From the NCBI GenBank assembly GCA_963666735.1, contig OY762926.1, forward strand, positions 1,440,001 through 1,504,000: 64,000 nucleotides of DNA, read 5' to 3'. Below are positions 1-8,251 of this stretch, one piece after another. Position numbers and translations under genes: made by a program. The DNA comes from Gemmatimonadota bacterium. Lineage in GTDB: Bacteria; Gemmatimonadota; Gemmatimonadetes; Palauibacterales; Palauibacteraceae. Under the pieces are notes generated by a model. That model did not search any database and was not told the origin of the DNA. It saw nothing but the letters and a program-made list of their open reading frames with translations. How positions within the stretch are numbered: position 1 is the stretch's first letter; each line of letters begins with the position of its first letter.

Positions 1-16
1 GCCGCGGGGGCCCGGG

Positions 17-982
17 TTACCGGTGCTCCGACCAGAACCCGATCATCTTGTAGGCGAGCTTCGCCGCGGTGAAGGCCGAGGCCTCCTCCCCCCGCCGCGG
101 GGCAAGTTCCACGATGTCCGCGCCCACGACGTTGCGTTCGCCGAAGACCCGTGAGAGCAGATCCAGCGCATCCCACCAGCTTCCACCCCCGGGTTCCGGC
201 GTGCCGGTGGCCGGCATCACCGACGGATCGAAGAAATCCACGTCGAACGTAATGTAGACGTTCTCCCCCAGCGCCTCCACCGCCCGCTCGATCCAGCCCG
301 GCCGGCGCATCTCATGCGCGAACACGACCTCGATCCGGTGTTCGCGCCGGTGTTCGCGGATGACGTCCCGCTCCTCGCGGGTGAGCGCCCGGATCCCGAC
401 CGCGACGATATCCGCCCCATTCGTCCCGGTCGCCCGGTTCGCGCCGCTCGACCGGTGTTCGAGTACCCGGCGCATGACGCAGGCGTGATTCCACGGAGAG
501 TCGTGGTGGCGATCCCTCAGGTCCGTGTGCGCGTCGAACTGAAGAATCGTGACGTCGCCGCCGAGTCGATCCGCCCACGCGCCGGCCGGTGCGCTGGAAA
601 TCGAGTGTTCTCCGCCCAGTCCGATGACGAACCGGTCCCCGGCGGCCTCGAGCAGGTCGTCGTACAGGGCCCGCAGGCGCGCGACCGCGGGCTCGGGGCC
701 GGCCGTGCCGAGGTCGATGGACGGGAGGGTGCACACGCCGACTTCGTACGGTTCGCGGTCCAGTTCCTCGTCATACCACTCGACGTAGCGCGACGCCTCG
801 ATGATCGCGGCCGGACCCTCGCGCGTACCCGTCCCCCAGCTTGTCGTCGCTTCGTACGGGATGGGGAGGATGACGGCGCCCGCCGCCTCCCAGCGGCACA
901 GGTCAAGCGGGAGATCGAGGAAGTTGCGGCGGTCGGTCCAAGCGTGCTCCGCGAGAGCGCGGGGCAGGTCGGCCTCGTTCAG
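17..982 (-). CDS. speB: Agmatinase / ureohydrolase (arginase family); probable CTG start
   Basis: GGEHS, DAHTD, DVDFFDP..PATGTPEPGG and DIVELAP motifs. The frame stays open 82 codons upstream of the tracked GTG (736) and encodes the conserved PYEATTSWGTGTREGPAAI segment. CTG at 982-980 overlaps the fur stop. Confidence 0.9.
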   Translation of the reverse strand: MNEADLPRALAEHAWTDRRNFLDLPLDLCRWEAAGAVILPIPYEATTSWGTGTREGPAAIIEASRYVEWYDEELDREPYEVGVCTLPSIDLGTAGPEPAVARLRALYDDLLEAAGDRFVIGLGGEHSISSAPAGAWADRLGGDVTILQFDAHTDLRDRHHDSPWNHACVMRRVLEHRSSGANRATGTNGADIVAVGIRALTREERDVIREHRREHRIEVVFAHEMRRPGWIERAVEALGENVYITFDVDFFDPSVMPATGTPEPGGGSWWDALDLLSRVFGERNVVGADIVELAPRRGEEASAFTAAKLAYKMIGFWSEHR

Positions 983-1425
983 TGCAGGCAGTCGGGGCAG
1001 TAGCCCTCCAGCTCGAGCCGGTAGCCGACGACGTTGAACGGCGTCATATCGGCCAGACCCTCCATCCAGTCGCGCGGACGCAGGCCTTCGATGTCCTGAA
1101 CGCGGCCACAGGAGAGACAGCGGATATGCTCGTGATCATCGGTTCGGCCATCGTATCGCGCCGGACCCACGCCGAGCGAGAGCTTGCGCGCGACTCCGCA
1201 GGTTACGAACGCCTCGAGCGCCTTGTAGACCGTGGCGAGGCTGATGTCGGGAAGCCGCTCGCGCACCGAGGTGAAAACGTCGTCCGCCGTCGGGTGCGAG
1301 GACGTGCCGGACAGCACGCGGTACACGGCCGCGCGCTGGGTCGTAAACCGGTGTCCCCCGGCTTCGAGGGCGCGACGCAACTCTTCTCGGGACACGCCTC
1401 GGCGTGAAGTTTCGGGAGGACTCAC
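979..1425 (-). CDS. Fur/PerR family transcriptional regulator
   Basis: RFTTQR, HPTADDV, ISLATVYKAL, HEHIRCLSC and GYCPDC motifs. Start moved to GTG 1425 (inference). Confidence 0.92.
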   Translation of the reverse strand: MSPPETSRRGVSREELRRALEAGGHRFTTQRAAVYRVLSGTSSHPTADDVFTSVRERLPDISLATVYKALEAFVTCGVARKLSLGVGPARYDGRTDDHEHIRCLSCGRVQDIEGLRPRDWMEGLADMTPFNVVGYRLELEGYCPDCLH

Positions 1426-1504
1426 TTGACCATCACACCGTCGGGAACGGGTCAGCAACGGGTCGTCGACCGGCCTTCGCGACCGATCCTCGCGTCCGGC
1501 GAAG

Positions 1505-1954
1505 TTAGCGACCCTGTCCAGCGGGATCAACGGAGGCATCCGCCTCCCGCGACTGTTCGAGGAGAGCTTCCCAGCGCCCGCCGTCACCCTCGATCGGTAT
1601 GTGACGGACGGCCGCGGGCTGTCCGAGTCGCCGCTGCAGTCCGGCTACCAGGCCGGGCACGCGGTTGGCCGGCACCCGCCCGTGCTCCACCACGACCTGG
1701 TGGGCGGGCGTACCGTTGGCCGGCGCCATGCGGGCGCTGTAGAGGGCGCGCCCGCCGTCCTCGATGATGCTCGTGAAGAGGAAGAACTCCGAAGACTCCT
1801 CGACCTGGGGGAGCGGCGGAAACAGCCAGACATCGGCGATGCGGGGTGGAGGAATGCGGCGGCCGAGGTCGCCGAGCCGAGCCGCGCGAGAACCCGGATC
1901 GACCGTGATCCCGTTCCCGCTGTGCGGCATATCCTTCCTGGCCTTCGCGTCCAT
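1505..1954 (-). CDS. Hypothetical protein
   Basis: Fills the gap in a co-directional gene run; globular core DVWLFPPL...LYSAR...EHGRVP; ATG preceded by GAGGG. Confidence 0.65.
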   Translation of the reverse strand: MDAKARKDMPHSGNGITVDPGSRAARLGDLGRRIPPPRIADVWLFPPLPQVEESSEFFLFTSIIEDGGRALYSARMAPANGTPAHQVVVEHGRVPANRVPGLVAGLQRRLGQPAAVRHIPIEGDGGRWEALLEQSREADASVDPAGQGR

Positions 1955-2062
1955 TTCACCCTCCCCGCCGAATCCCCACCCCGGGCCCGCTACCGGCAGC
2001 CCCGAACGCACGGCACCGCTTCAACCTACTCCGATCTACCGGACGGAGGCAATCCGAAGACT

Positions 2063-3097
2063 CTACCGGTCCTTCTTCGAGGCGACGGCCGCTTCCACGA
2101 GCGGGCGCAACGCGTCCAGCACGACTCGCACCGCCTCGTCCAGGTCGAGTTCGACGAGGACGCCGGAAGCCTTCGCGTGTCCGCCGCCGCCGAGGAGTTG
2201 CGCGACACCGGACACGTCCACTGCCCCGTTCGAACGCAGCGACACCTTCGTCCGATTGCGCGCGAGGCCGCGGAAGAGGAGGCCGACCTCCATTCCCGCG
2301 AGCCGGCGCGGGAACTCGACCAGACCCTCCATGTCGTCGCTGCGCGCACCCGTCCTCGAGAGGGCCCGACGGTCCAGCGCGATCCAGGCGATGGGAGCGC
2401 GAGGGTCGACTTCCAGGCCCTCGAGGGCCAGCCGCATGAGGGCCAGCCGCCCCCGGCTGTACACGCCGTACAGCTCGCGGTACAGCGCACCCGTATCCAC
2501 CCCCGTCTCCAGGAGCACGCACGCGATCGCGTGCGCGCGGGGGGAGGTGTTCGAGAAACGGAATGAGCCCGTGTCCGTCGAAATCGCCGTGTAAAGGGCT
2601 TCCGCTTCCGCCCGAGTGAGCCTCTCGTCGTCGAGGGAGAGCAGGTCGTAGACGAGTTCACCCGTCGCGCAGGCGGAGGGATCGCGGATCGCCGGCCTCA
2701 CGAGCGGAGACCCCACGGGCGGATGATGGTCGATCAGGACGCCGCCCGTCCGCTCGACGTGCTCGGGCAGGCTGCCGAGACGCTTGGGCTCGGCGGTGTC
2801 GAGGATGGCGATCGTGTCGGCGCCGTTCAGCGGGTCCGCGGCCGCCGGGTCCTCCTCGACGAGCACCGGGATGTCCCTGAGGAGGAATCGCAGCGAAGCC
2901 GGCGGTCGGCTCGGGGTGACGATCGTGGCTTCGGCTCCGTGCCGCAGCAGCCGGGATGCGAGCGCAACCATGCTGCCGAGGCCGTCGCCGTCCGGATTAA
3001 CATGGGTCGTGAGCACGACGGACGATGCGTCGCGCAGGCGGCGCCGGATCGCTTCTAGCGCCTTCGCACGAGCCCGCGACATCGGGGACACGGTCAA
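2063..3097 (-). CDS. nrnA: DHH family phosphoesterase (bifunctional oligoribonuclease/PAP phosphatase)
   Basis: HVNPDGD, DHH, TDTGSF, KVSLRS and GGGGHAKASG motifs; TTGA overlap with coaE. Confidence 0.93.
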   Translation of the reverse strand: MTVSPMSRARAKALEAIRRRLRDASSVVLTTHVNPDGDGLGSMVALASRLLRHGAEATIVTPSRPPASLRFLLRDIPVLVEEDPAAADPLNGADTIAILDTAEPKRLGSLPEHVERTGGVLIDHHPPVGSPLVRPAIRDPSACATGELVYDLLSLDDERLTRAEAEALYTAISTDTGSFRFSNTSPRAHAIACVLLETGVDTGALYRELYGVYSRGRLALMRLALEGLEVDPRAPIAWIALDRRALSRTGARSDDMEGLVEFPRRLAGMEVGLLFRGLARNRTKVSLRSNGAVDVSGVAQLLGGGGHAKASGVLVELDLDEAVRVVLDALRPLVEAAVASKKDR

Positions 3098-3714
3098 GAC
3101 CCGCTCCCGACGGCTGCCCGCAGGATCTCTCGCCAGAGTCCGCGGGTGGCGAGGTCCAGTTCCCCGGGATCGCCCCGGTTGTCGAGTACGCGGTCGGCCC
3201 GACGCCGTTTCTCCGACGCCGCAAGTTGCGCGGCATCGATGGCGGCGAATTCCTCCGCGGTCCAGCCGCGGAACCCCAGCGCCCGCGCCTCGCGCACCTC
3301 TCGCGGCGCATCGACGACGACGATCATGTCGTAGTCGTCTTCCAGGCCGACCTCGAACAGGAGGGGGATTTCCTCCACGATCACGCGTACGCCGGCCGCG
3401 GCGGCCTCGGAGATTCGGCGGGCCCGCAGTTCGCGGATTCCGGCGTGAGAGATCTCTTCGAGGCGCTCGCGGGACCGTTTGTCGGCGAAGGCCGCCTCCC
3501 GGAGCGCGGATCGGTCGAGGGTCCCATCGGGGGCGATGACCCCTTCCCCGAACGCTTCGCGGATGCGGGCGTATGCCGGGGAGCCCGGACGCACGATTTC
3601 GCGCGCGAGTTCGTCGGAGTCGATGACCGCGGCGCCCCGTTCGGCCAGATTGCGGGCCACCATGCTCTTGCCGGCGGCCACCGTTCCGGTCAGTCCGACG
3701 CGAAACGGCGTCAT
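3094..3714 (-). CDS. coaE: Dephospho-CoA kinase
   Basis: VGLTGTVAAGKS P-loop, DSDELAR, LDRSAL and EIPLLFE; start trimmed to ATG 3714. Confidence 0.95.
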   Translation of the reverse strand: MTPFRVGLTGTVAAGKSMVARNLAERGAAVIDSDELAREIVRPGSPAYARIREAFGEGVIAPDGTLDRSALREAAFADKRSRERLEEISHAGIRELRARRISEAAAAGVRVIVEEIPLLFEVGLEDDYDMIVVVDAPREVREARALGFRGWTAEEFAAIDAAQLAASEKRRRADRVLDNRGDPGELDLATRGLWREILRAAVGSGS

Positions 3715-3757
3715 GCCGTTCACCCGCGTGTCCGGGCTTCCGCGGGAGACCTCGAGG

Positions 3758-4117
3758 CTAGACGGCGAAAGAGGTCCCGCAGCCGCAACTCCCGGTCGCG
3801 TTCGGATTCTCGAACGTGAACCCGGTGCCCTGAAACGAACTGTGGTATCCGATGGAAAGTCCGGCCAGGTACTGCGCGCTGAAGGGATCGATGACGACGG
3901 GCACCCCCTCCGACTCGAAGGTGAAATCGTCCTCGCGCACCGCAGTGTCCATGTCAAGCCCGTATTCGAAACCGGAGCATCCGCCCGGAATCACGCTCAC
4001 CCTCAGGACCGTCTCGGCGTCCGCCCCGGCCTGGAACTCCCTGACCTTGGCGGCCGCCTCGGCCGTCAGCGTGACGATGGGTTCGGCCGACCTGGTGGCC
4101 TCTGCTATTTCGCTCAT
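3758..4117 (-). CDS. A-type Fe-S cluster carrier (IscA/ErpA/HesB family)
   Basis: GGCSGFEY and C-terminal NPNATGSCGCGTSF. Confidence 0.95.
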   Translation of the reverse strand: MSEIAEATRSAEPIVTLTAEAAAKVREFQAGADAETVLRVSVIPGGCSGFEYGLDMDTAVREDDFTFESEGVPVVIDPFSAQYLAGLSIGYHSSFQGTGFTFENPNATGSCGCGTSFAV

Positions 4118-4189
4118 ACCGCCCTTGCCTGCATCGCGTCCGTGTCGGCGCGCCGGATTTGCGGCGCTGTCCACTTCCTCAAGACTTCC

Positions 4190-5119
4190 TCAAGATAACC
4201 GACTTCGTCGCTTCTCCCTAGCGACGGATCCCCGGGTAAGCTGCCCGTCCGTCTTCCGGCGTGACCGCCGGCCGATCTCCTCCAGCCAACGCATGGGCAC
4301 ATGCGCCCACCCGGGAACACCCCTTCGGCCCGCGTCGGGTCCGTGCCAGTCCGAGCCGCCGCAACGGAGCAGGCCGAGTTCGCCGGCCAGATCGTGCATC
4401 CGGCTCCGCACGGCGGGGGGATTCGCGGGGTGGACGACCTCGACGCCATCCAGACCCTCGCTCGCCCAGCGCCGGATCTCATCCTCGCCGTGCGTCCTGC
4501 CCGGGTGCGCGAGGCAGACGACGCCGCCCGCCGCGTGCACGCGATCGAATACGATCTTCGGCGGCGTCGGTTCCTTGCCGACGAAGGCGGGACATCCGCG
4601 CGACAGGTAACGGCGGAATGCCTCGTGGATATCGGAGGCCGCGCCGCAGGCCACGACCGCCCGCCCGATGTGGGCCCGGGTCGGGGCCGCGGCGCCCGTC
4701 TGCAGCTCCACGTCCTCCCAGGTCACGGGTGCGCCCGCCGCCCGCAGCCGCGCGACGATCTCGCGCGCGCGCCGCAGCCGATCCTCGCGGTAGCGGGAGA
4801 GAAAACCCTGCAGGCCGGGATCGGCCACATCGAAGCCGTACGCCAGGAGGTGCACGGACCGGCCGGGTTCGTTCGCGGACAACTCCGCCCCCGGCAGGAA
4901 GCGGAGACCGAGTTTTCGCGCCGCCGTCTCGGCCTCGGAGAGTCCCTGCGTCGTGTCATGGTCCGTCAGGGAGAACCCATCCAGACCGGCATCCGCCACG
5001 GCCCGGGCCACGTCGGCCGGCGCGACCGTTCCGTCGCTGGCGGTCGAGTGCGTGTGCAGGTCGACGCACGGGCCTGTTCCGGGCCCGGGGACCGTCTGGC
5101 CGGCGATGGGAACGTTCAC
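4190..5119 (-). CDS. PHP domain phosphoesterase (YciV/TrpH-like)
   Basis: DLHTHSTASDG, TDHDT, AHP and GGSDWHG motifs. Confidence 0.92.
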   Translation of the reverse strand: MNVPIAGQTVPGPGTGPCVDLHTHSTASDGTVAPADVARAVADAGLDGFSLTDHDTTQGLSEAETAARKLGLRFLPGAELSANEPGRSVHLLAYGFDVADPGLQGFLSRYREDRLRRAREIVARLRAAGAPVTWEDVELQTGAAAPTRAHIGRAVVACGAASDIHEAFRRYLSRGCPAFVGKEPTPPKIVFDRVHAAGGVVCLAHPGRTHGEDEIRRWASEGLDGVEVVHPANPPAVRSRMHDLAGELGLLRCGGSDWHGPDAGRRGVPGWAHVPMRWLEEIGRRSRRKTDGQLTRGSVAREKRRSRLS

Positions 5120-5364
5120 CGACTGTAGGTAGGATAGTCGCGGGGGATTCCCATCGAACGAGAGGCCTCGAACAGGCCCTGGAGTTCCTCTTCCGGCATT
5201 TCCTCCAGGGCTTCACTCCCGCCCCGCCGGGCCGGATCCAGGCGAACCACCCGGTAGGGGCGCTGATCCGTGCTCTGGCAGAAGAACACGACGAGGCGCT
5301 CCCCATCCTCCTCGGCGAGTTCCGCCCGCCACACATCTCCCTCGGCCTTGATTCTCGTGCTCAC
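5116..5364 (-). CDS. Small hypothetical protein (~82 aa)
   Basis: C-terminal part of tracked ORF 5116..5844 (VVFFC..TDQRPYRVV, ELQGLFEASRSM); GTGA overlap with the PHP gene; start at GTG 5364 inferred. Confidence 0.6.
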   Translation of the reverse strand: MSTRIKAEGDVWRAELAEEDGERLVVFFCQSTDQRPYRVVRLDPARRGGSEALEEMPEEELQGLFEASRSMGIPRDYPTYSR

Positions 5365-5471
5365 GCGTTCATCGTCCGTTATCCGGTTCGTCGTCCTTCG
5401 GGGCGGCGCGGCGGGCTCGGGCGCGGCATGCGGGCCCGGGTTTGAGGCCGGGGTCACAAGATCGGGAGACG

Positions 5472-6245
5472 ATGGAACAGGGTCAATGGCGACAGGCGCG
5501 TCGACTCGTGCGTGAAGCCCGGCATGCGGTCGCGCTGACGGGGGCGGGGATTTCCGCCGAATCGGGGGTTCCGGCGTTCCGCGACGCCGGCGGGCTGTGG
5601 AAGCGCTATCGCCCGGAGGAACTCGCCACGCCCGAAGCGCTCGCTCGCGATCCGCGGACCGTGCTCGAGTGGTACGCCTGGCGGCGCTCGGCACTCGCCG
5701 ACTGCCGGCCCAACGAGGGGCACCGGGCGCTGGCGCGCTTCTTCCAGCGACGCGGGGAACCCGGACTCGTGACCCAGAACGTCGATGGCCTCCACACGCG
5801 CGCCGCGCTCGAGGCAGCGGGAGAGGACCCCGCGGAGGCCGCACTGCCCCTCGAGCTTCACGGCGCCGTGGGTCGCGACCGCTGCCAGTCCTGCGAGGCG
5901 CGCTGGCCCGCCGAGCCGCTCGGCGAGACGCTCCCGCAGTGCTCGGCCTGCGGCGGTCTCCGGCGACCCGATGTCGTCCTCTTCGGCGAGGCGCTGGACG
6001 CCGGCCTGCTGGACCGCGCGCGCCGGCTGGCGGAGCAGGCGGACCTGTGTCTCGTCGTCGGGACGAGCGCCGTCGTCTATCCCGCCGCCACGCTTCCCCT
6101 CGCGACGCGAGAGGCCGGCGGCCACATCATCGAGGTCAATGTGCGGCGGACGGCGCTTACGGAGGCCGCTGCGGTGGCGCTGCGCGGGGAGGCCGGAACG
6201 ATCCTTCCCGCCCTGCTGGACCGGCAGTCCGGCAACCCCCGCTAG
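5472..6245 (+). CDS. cobB: NAD-dependent protein deacylase (sirtuin, class III-like)
   Basis: GAGISAESG, TQNVDGLH, two CxxC pairs, RPDVVLFGE, VGTS and a YxxR (YAWR) motif. Confidence 0.95.
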   Translation: MEQGQWRQARRLVREARHAVALTGAGISAESGVPAFRDAGGLWKRYRPEELATPEALARDPRTVLEWYAWRRSALADCRPNEGHRALARFFQRRGEPGLVTQNVDGLHTRAALEAAGEDPAEAALPLELHGAVGRDRCQSCEARWPAEPLGETLPQCSACGGLRRPDVVLFGEALDAGLLDRARRLAEQADLCLVVGTSAVVYPAATLPLATREAGGHIIEVNVRRTALTEAAAVALRGEAGTILPALLDRQSGNPR

Positions 6246-6910
6246 GACTCGCGTTCGACGAAGACGGCGCGCGCGAGGACGGGCTCGACGTCGAAGGAGC
6301 GGTCGTCCACTTCGAGACGGGCGACGCCATCGGCCTGTTCGCCGAGACACCGGATGCGGGTGCCCGGGACGAGTCCGAGCGCTGCGAGCGCACGCAGCGT
6401 CCGCGGGCTCTGGTCCGAAACCTCGCGCACGACGCCGCGTTCCGCCTTCAACTCCGCGAGGGGGATCCACTCGGTGCGGGCGAGTTCGCCATCCCGGGTC
6501 GGGATCGGACTTCCGTGCGGGTCGATCGACGGCTCCCCGAGCGCCTGCGCCATCCGGTCGATGAGCGCTTCGGAGGCGGCGTGCTCGAGGCGCTCGGCCT
6601 CGGCGTGCACGTCCTCCCAGGAGAAGCCGAGTCTCTCGATGAGGTACAGTTCGATCACCCGGTGTCTTCGGATGATCCGAAGCGCCCCCGCCTCTCCCGA
6701 TGGCGTGAGGAGCGCTCCCCGGTAGGGCGTGTGCCGGAGGAGCCCCTGCGCAGCCAGGCTCTTGACCATGTTCGTGACCGACGCGGCGGAACGGTCCAGA
6801 GCCTCGGCCAGCGCGGTCGTGGAAACGGGCTCGCCGGCCTGCTGGAGCTTGTAGACGGCCTTCAGATAGTCCTCGACCGCCCGGCTCGGATCCGGAGGGC
6901 CGGATTTCAC
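6242..6910 (-). CDS. DtxR/MntR family metal-dependent repressor
   Basis: EDYLKAVY, RRHRVIELYL, HAEAERLEH and DPHGSPIP; C-terminal FeoA/SH3-like domain. Confidence 0.93.
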   Translation of the reverse strand: MKSGPPDPSRAVEDYLKAVYKLQQAGEPVSTTALAEALDRSAASVTNMVKSLAAQGLLRHTPYRGALLTPSGEAGALRIIRRHRVIELYLIERLGFSWEDVHAEAERLEHAASEALIDRMAQALGEPSIDPHGSPIPTRDGELARTEWIPLAELKAERGVVREVSDQSPRTLRALAALGLVPGTRIRCLGEQADGVARLEVDDRSFDVEPVLARAVFVERES

Positions 6911-7731
6911 GAAGTGGGCCGCCGGAAAATGGAATCCGACAGCACGGGGTTCAGTTCGACGTCATCATGGCGGAGTTCGCGGGTCGGGTTCATCTCCGTG
7001 TCCCGGTAGAGCCGCGAGATGACATACGTAAAATCTCCGACCTGCTCGTACCCGTCCCAGTACATGCGCGCCCGGCTCTCCTCGCCCCTCCCCTGCGAGA
7101 TGTAGTGGACCTGCTCGGGATAGGGATCGTCGTCGAGGAAGTAGTAGAAGTAGCGGTCGCCGGACTGGAGACCGACGCCGTCGCCGAAGGTGATGCGCAC
7201 CTCGTATCCCCCGTCTTCGCGGGAACCGGCCCGCCGATTCACGCCGGGGTCGAAGAGCTTGTACGGGAGCCCGAACCAGTAGACCACGTCCCGCCCCACG
7301 TACTCGGACTCGTCCCAGGCGCGGATTCCCGGTTCGAGAAGGCGCTCGTTGAGCGTGGCCCACATGTCGGAGCCCGTGAATGTCTGGACGTAGAGGCCCT
7401 CGGCCTCGGGGCGTTCGATTCGTGTCTGCTCGACGCCGTCCACCTTCCGGTACTCCACTCGGCGGGGGCGCATGCGGCGGATTCCGCCGGTCGAGTCGTA
7501 CCACACGGTGGTGATCGTGTAGCGGGCCGACTCGATGTCGCGCCAAGCCTCCATGCCGCCCGCGGCCTCGACCCAGGCGCCGATGAGCGAATCGGCGAGG
7601 AGCTGACCGGGCTCCGGATCGGCGGTCGAGGTTGCGGGAGACGAACCCTCGCCCGCACAGCCCGCGGCTGCGGCCAGGGCAAGGGCCAGGGCGGGGCCGA
7701 GGCGTCGCGGGAGTTGGGCGCGGTGGTTCAT
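6907..7731 (-). CDS. Lipoprotein, DUF6503-like
   Basis: Lipobox AAGC; AWVEAAGGMEAW, YWFGLPYKLFDPGV and ITFGDGVG..GDRYFYYF patterns. Family name recalled, not searched. Confidence 0.65.
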   Translation of the reverse strand: MNHRAQLPRRLGPALALALAAAAGCAGEGSSPATSTADPEPGQLLADSLIGAWVEAAGGMEAWRDIESARYTITTVWYDSTGGIRRMRPRRVEYRKVDGVEQTRIERPEAEGLYVQTFTGSDMWATLNERLLEPGIRAWDESEYVGRDVVYWFGLPYKLFDPGVNRRAGSREDGGYEVRITFGDGVGLQSGDRYFYYFLDDDPYPEQVHYISQGRGEESRARMYWDGYEQVGDFTYVISRLYRDTEMNPTRELRHDDVELNPVLSDSIFRRPTS

Positions 7732-7807
7732 GGAGACCTCCGGTGTCGGCTGCGAGTCGATCCTGTCGTCGCGCGGGGGCGGAATATGCACGTTGGGGGC
7801 AGGCCCG

Positions 7808-8251
7808 TCACGGCGCGTCCGGTGCGGAGCCGACCCCCTTCAACTGCACGACGATGACCTCGACGGGTTCGGGCCCCCGGTTCACATCTCCGTGGAGTTC
7901 GCCCGGAGGATCGGCGTCGAGCCAATAGGCCCGGCCCGTCTCCCACGTCATGTCGCGCCGTTCCCCGGCGTCGCTGACGACGGTCAGCGTCCCCCCCTTG
8001 AGCGCGATGATGGCGCGGGGGTTGTCGTGGCGGTGCATCTCAAGCGGCTGGTCCGGCGCGATCACGCTCTTCCATACCTGCACGTGCTCGTTCTCGAACT
8101 GGGGCGTGCGCCCGGTGGTCGCGGCCTCGGCGCCCGGTTTCGCGGGTTCGCCGGCCTGGCCGCACCCCGAGACCAGCACGGCGGCAGCGAGGACGAAGAC
8201 GGCGGCGGGAACGAAGCCGCGGACGGCGGCTGGGAAGTGGCTCGCGTGCAT
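7808..8251 (-). CDS. Cupin-domain lipoprotein
   Basis: Lipobox VSGC; FENEHVQV, MHRH and H.DVN.G..P.EVIVVQLK; TGATG overlap with the upstream gene. Confidence 0.8.
   Translation of the reverse strand: MHASHFPAAVRGFVPAAVFVLAAAVLVSGCGQAGEPAKPGAEAATTGRTPQFENEHVQVWKSVIAPDQPLEMHRHDNPRAIIALKGGTLTVVSDAGERRDMTWETGRAYWLDADPPGELHGDVNRGPEPVEVIVVQLKGVGSAPDAP

Noticed and set aside
335..358. 12-bp tandem duplication (CCGGTGTTCGCG x2) in speB
   Set aside because: In-frame slippage adding REHR; only two copies and not an array.
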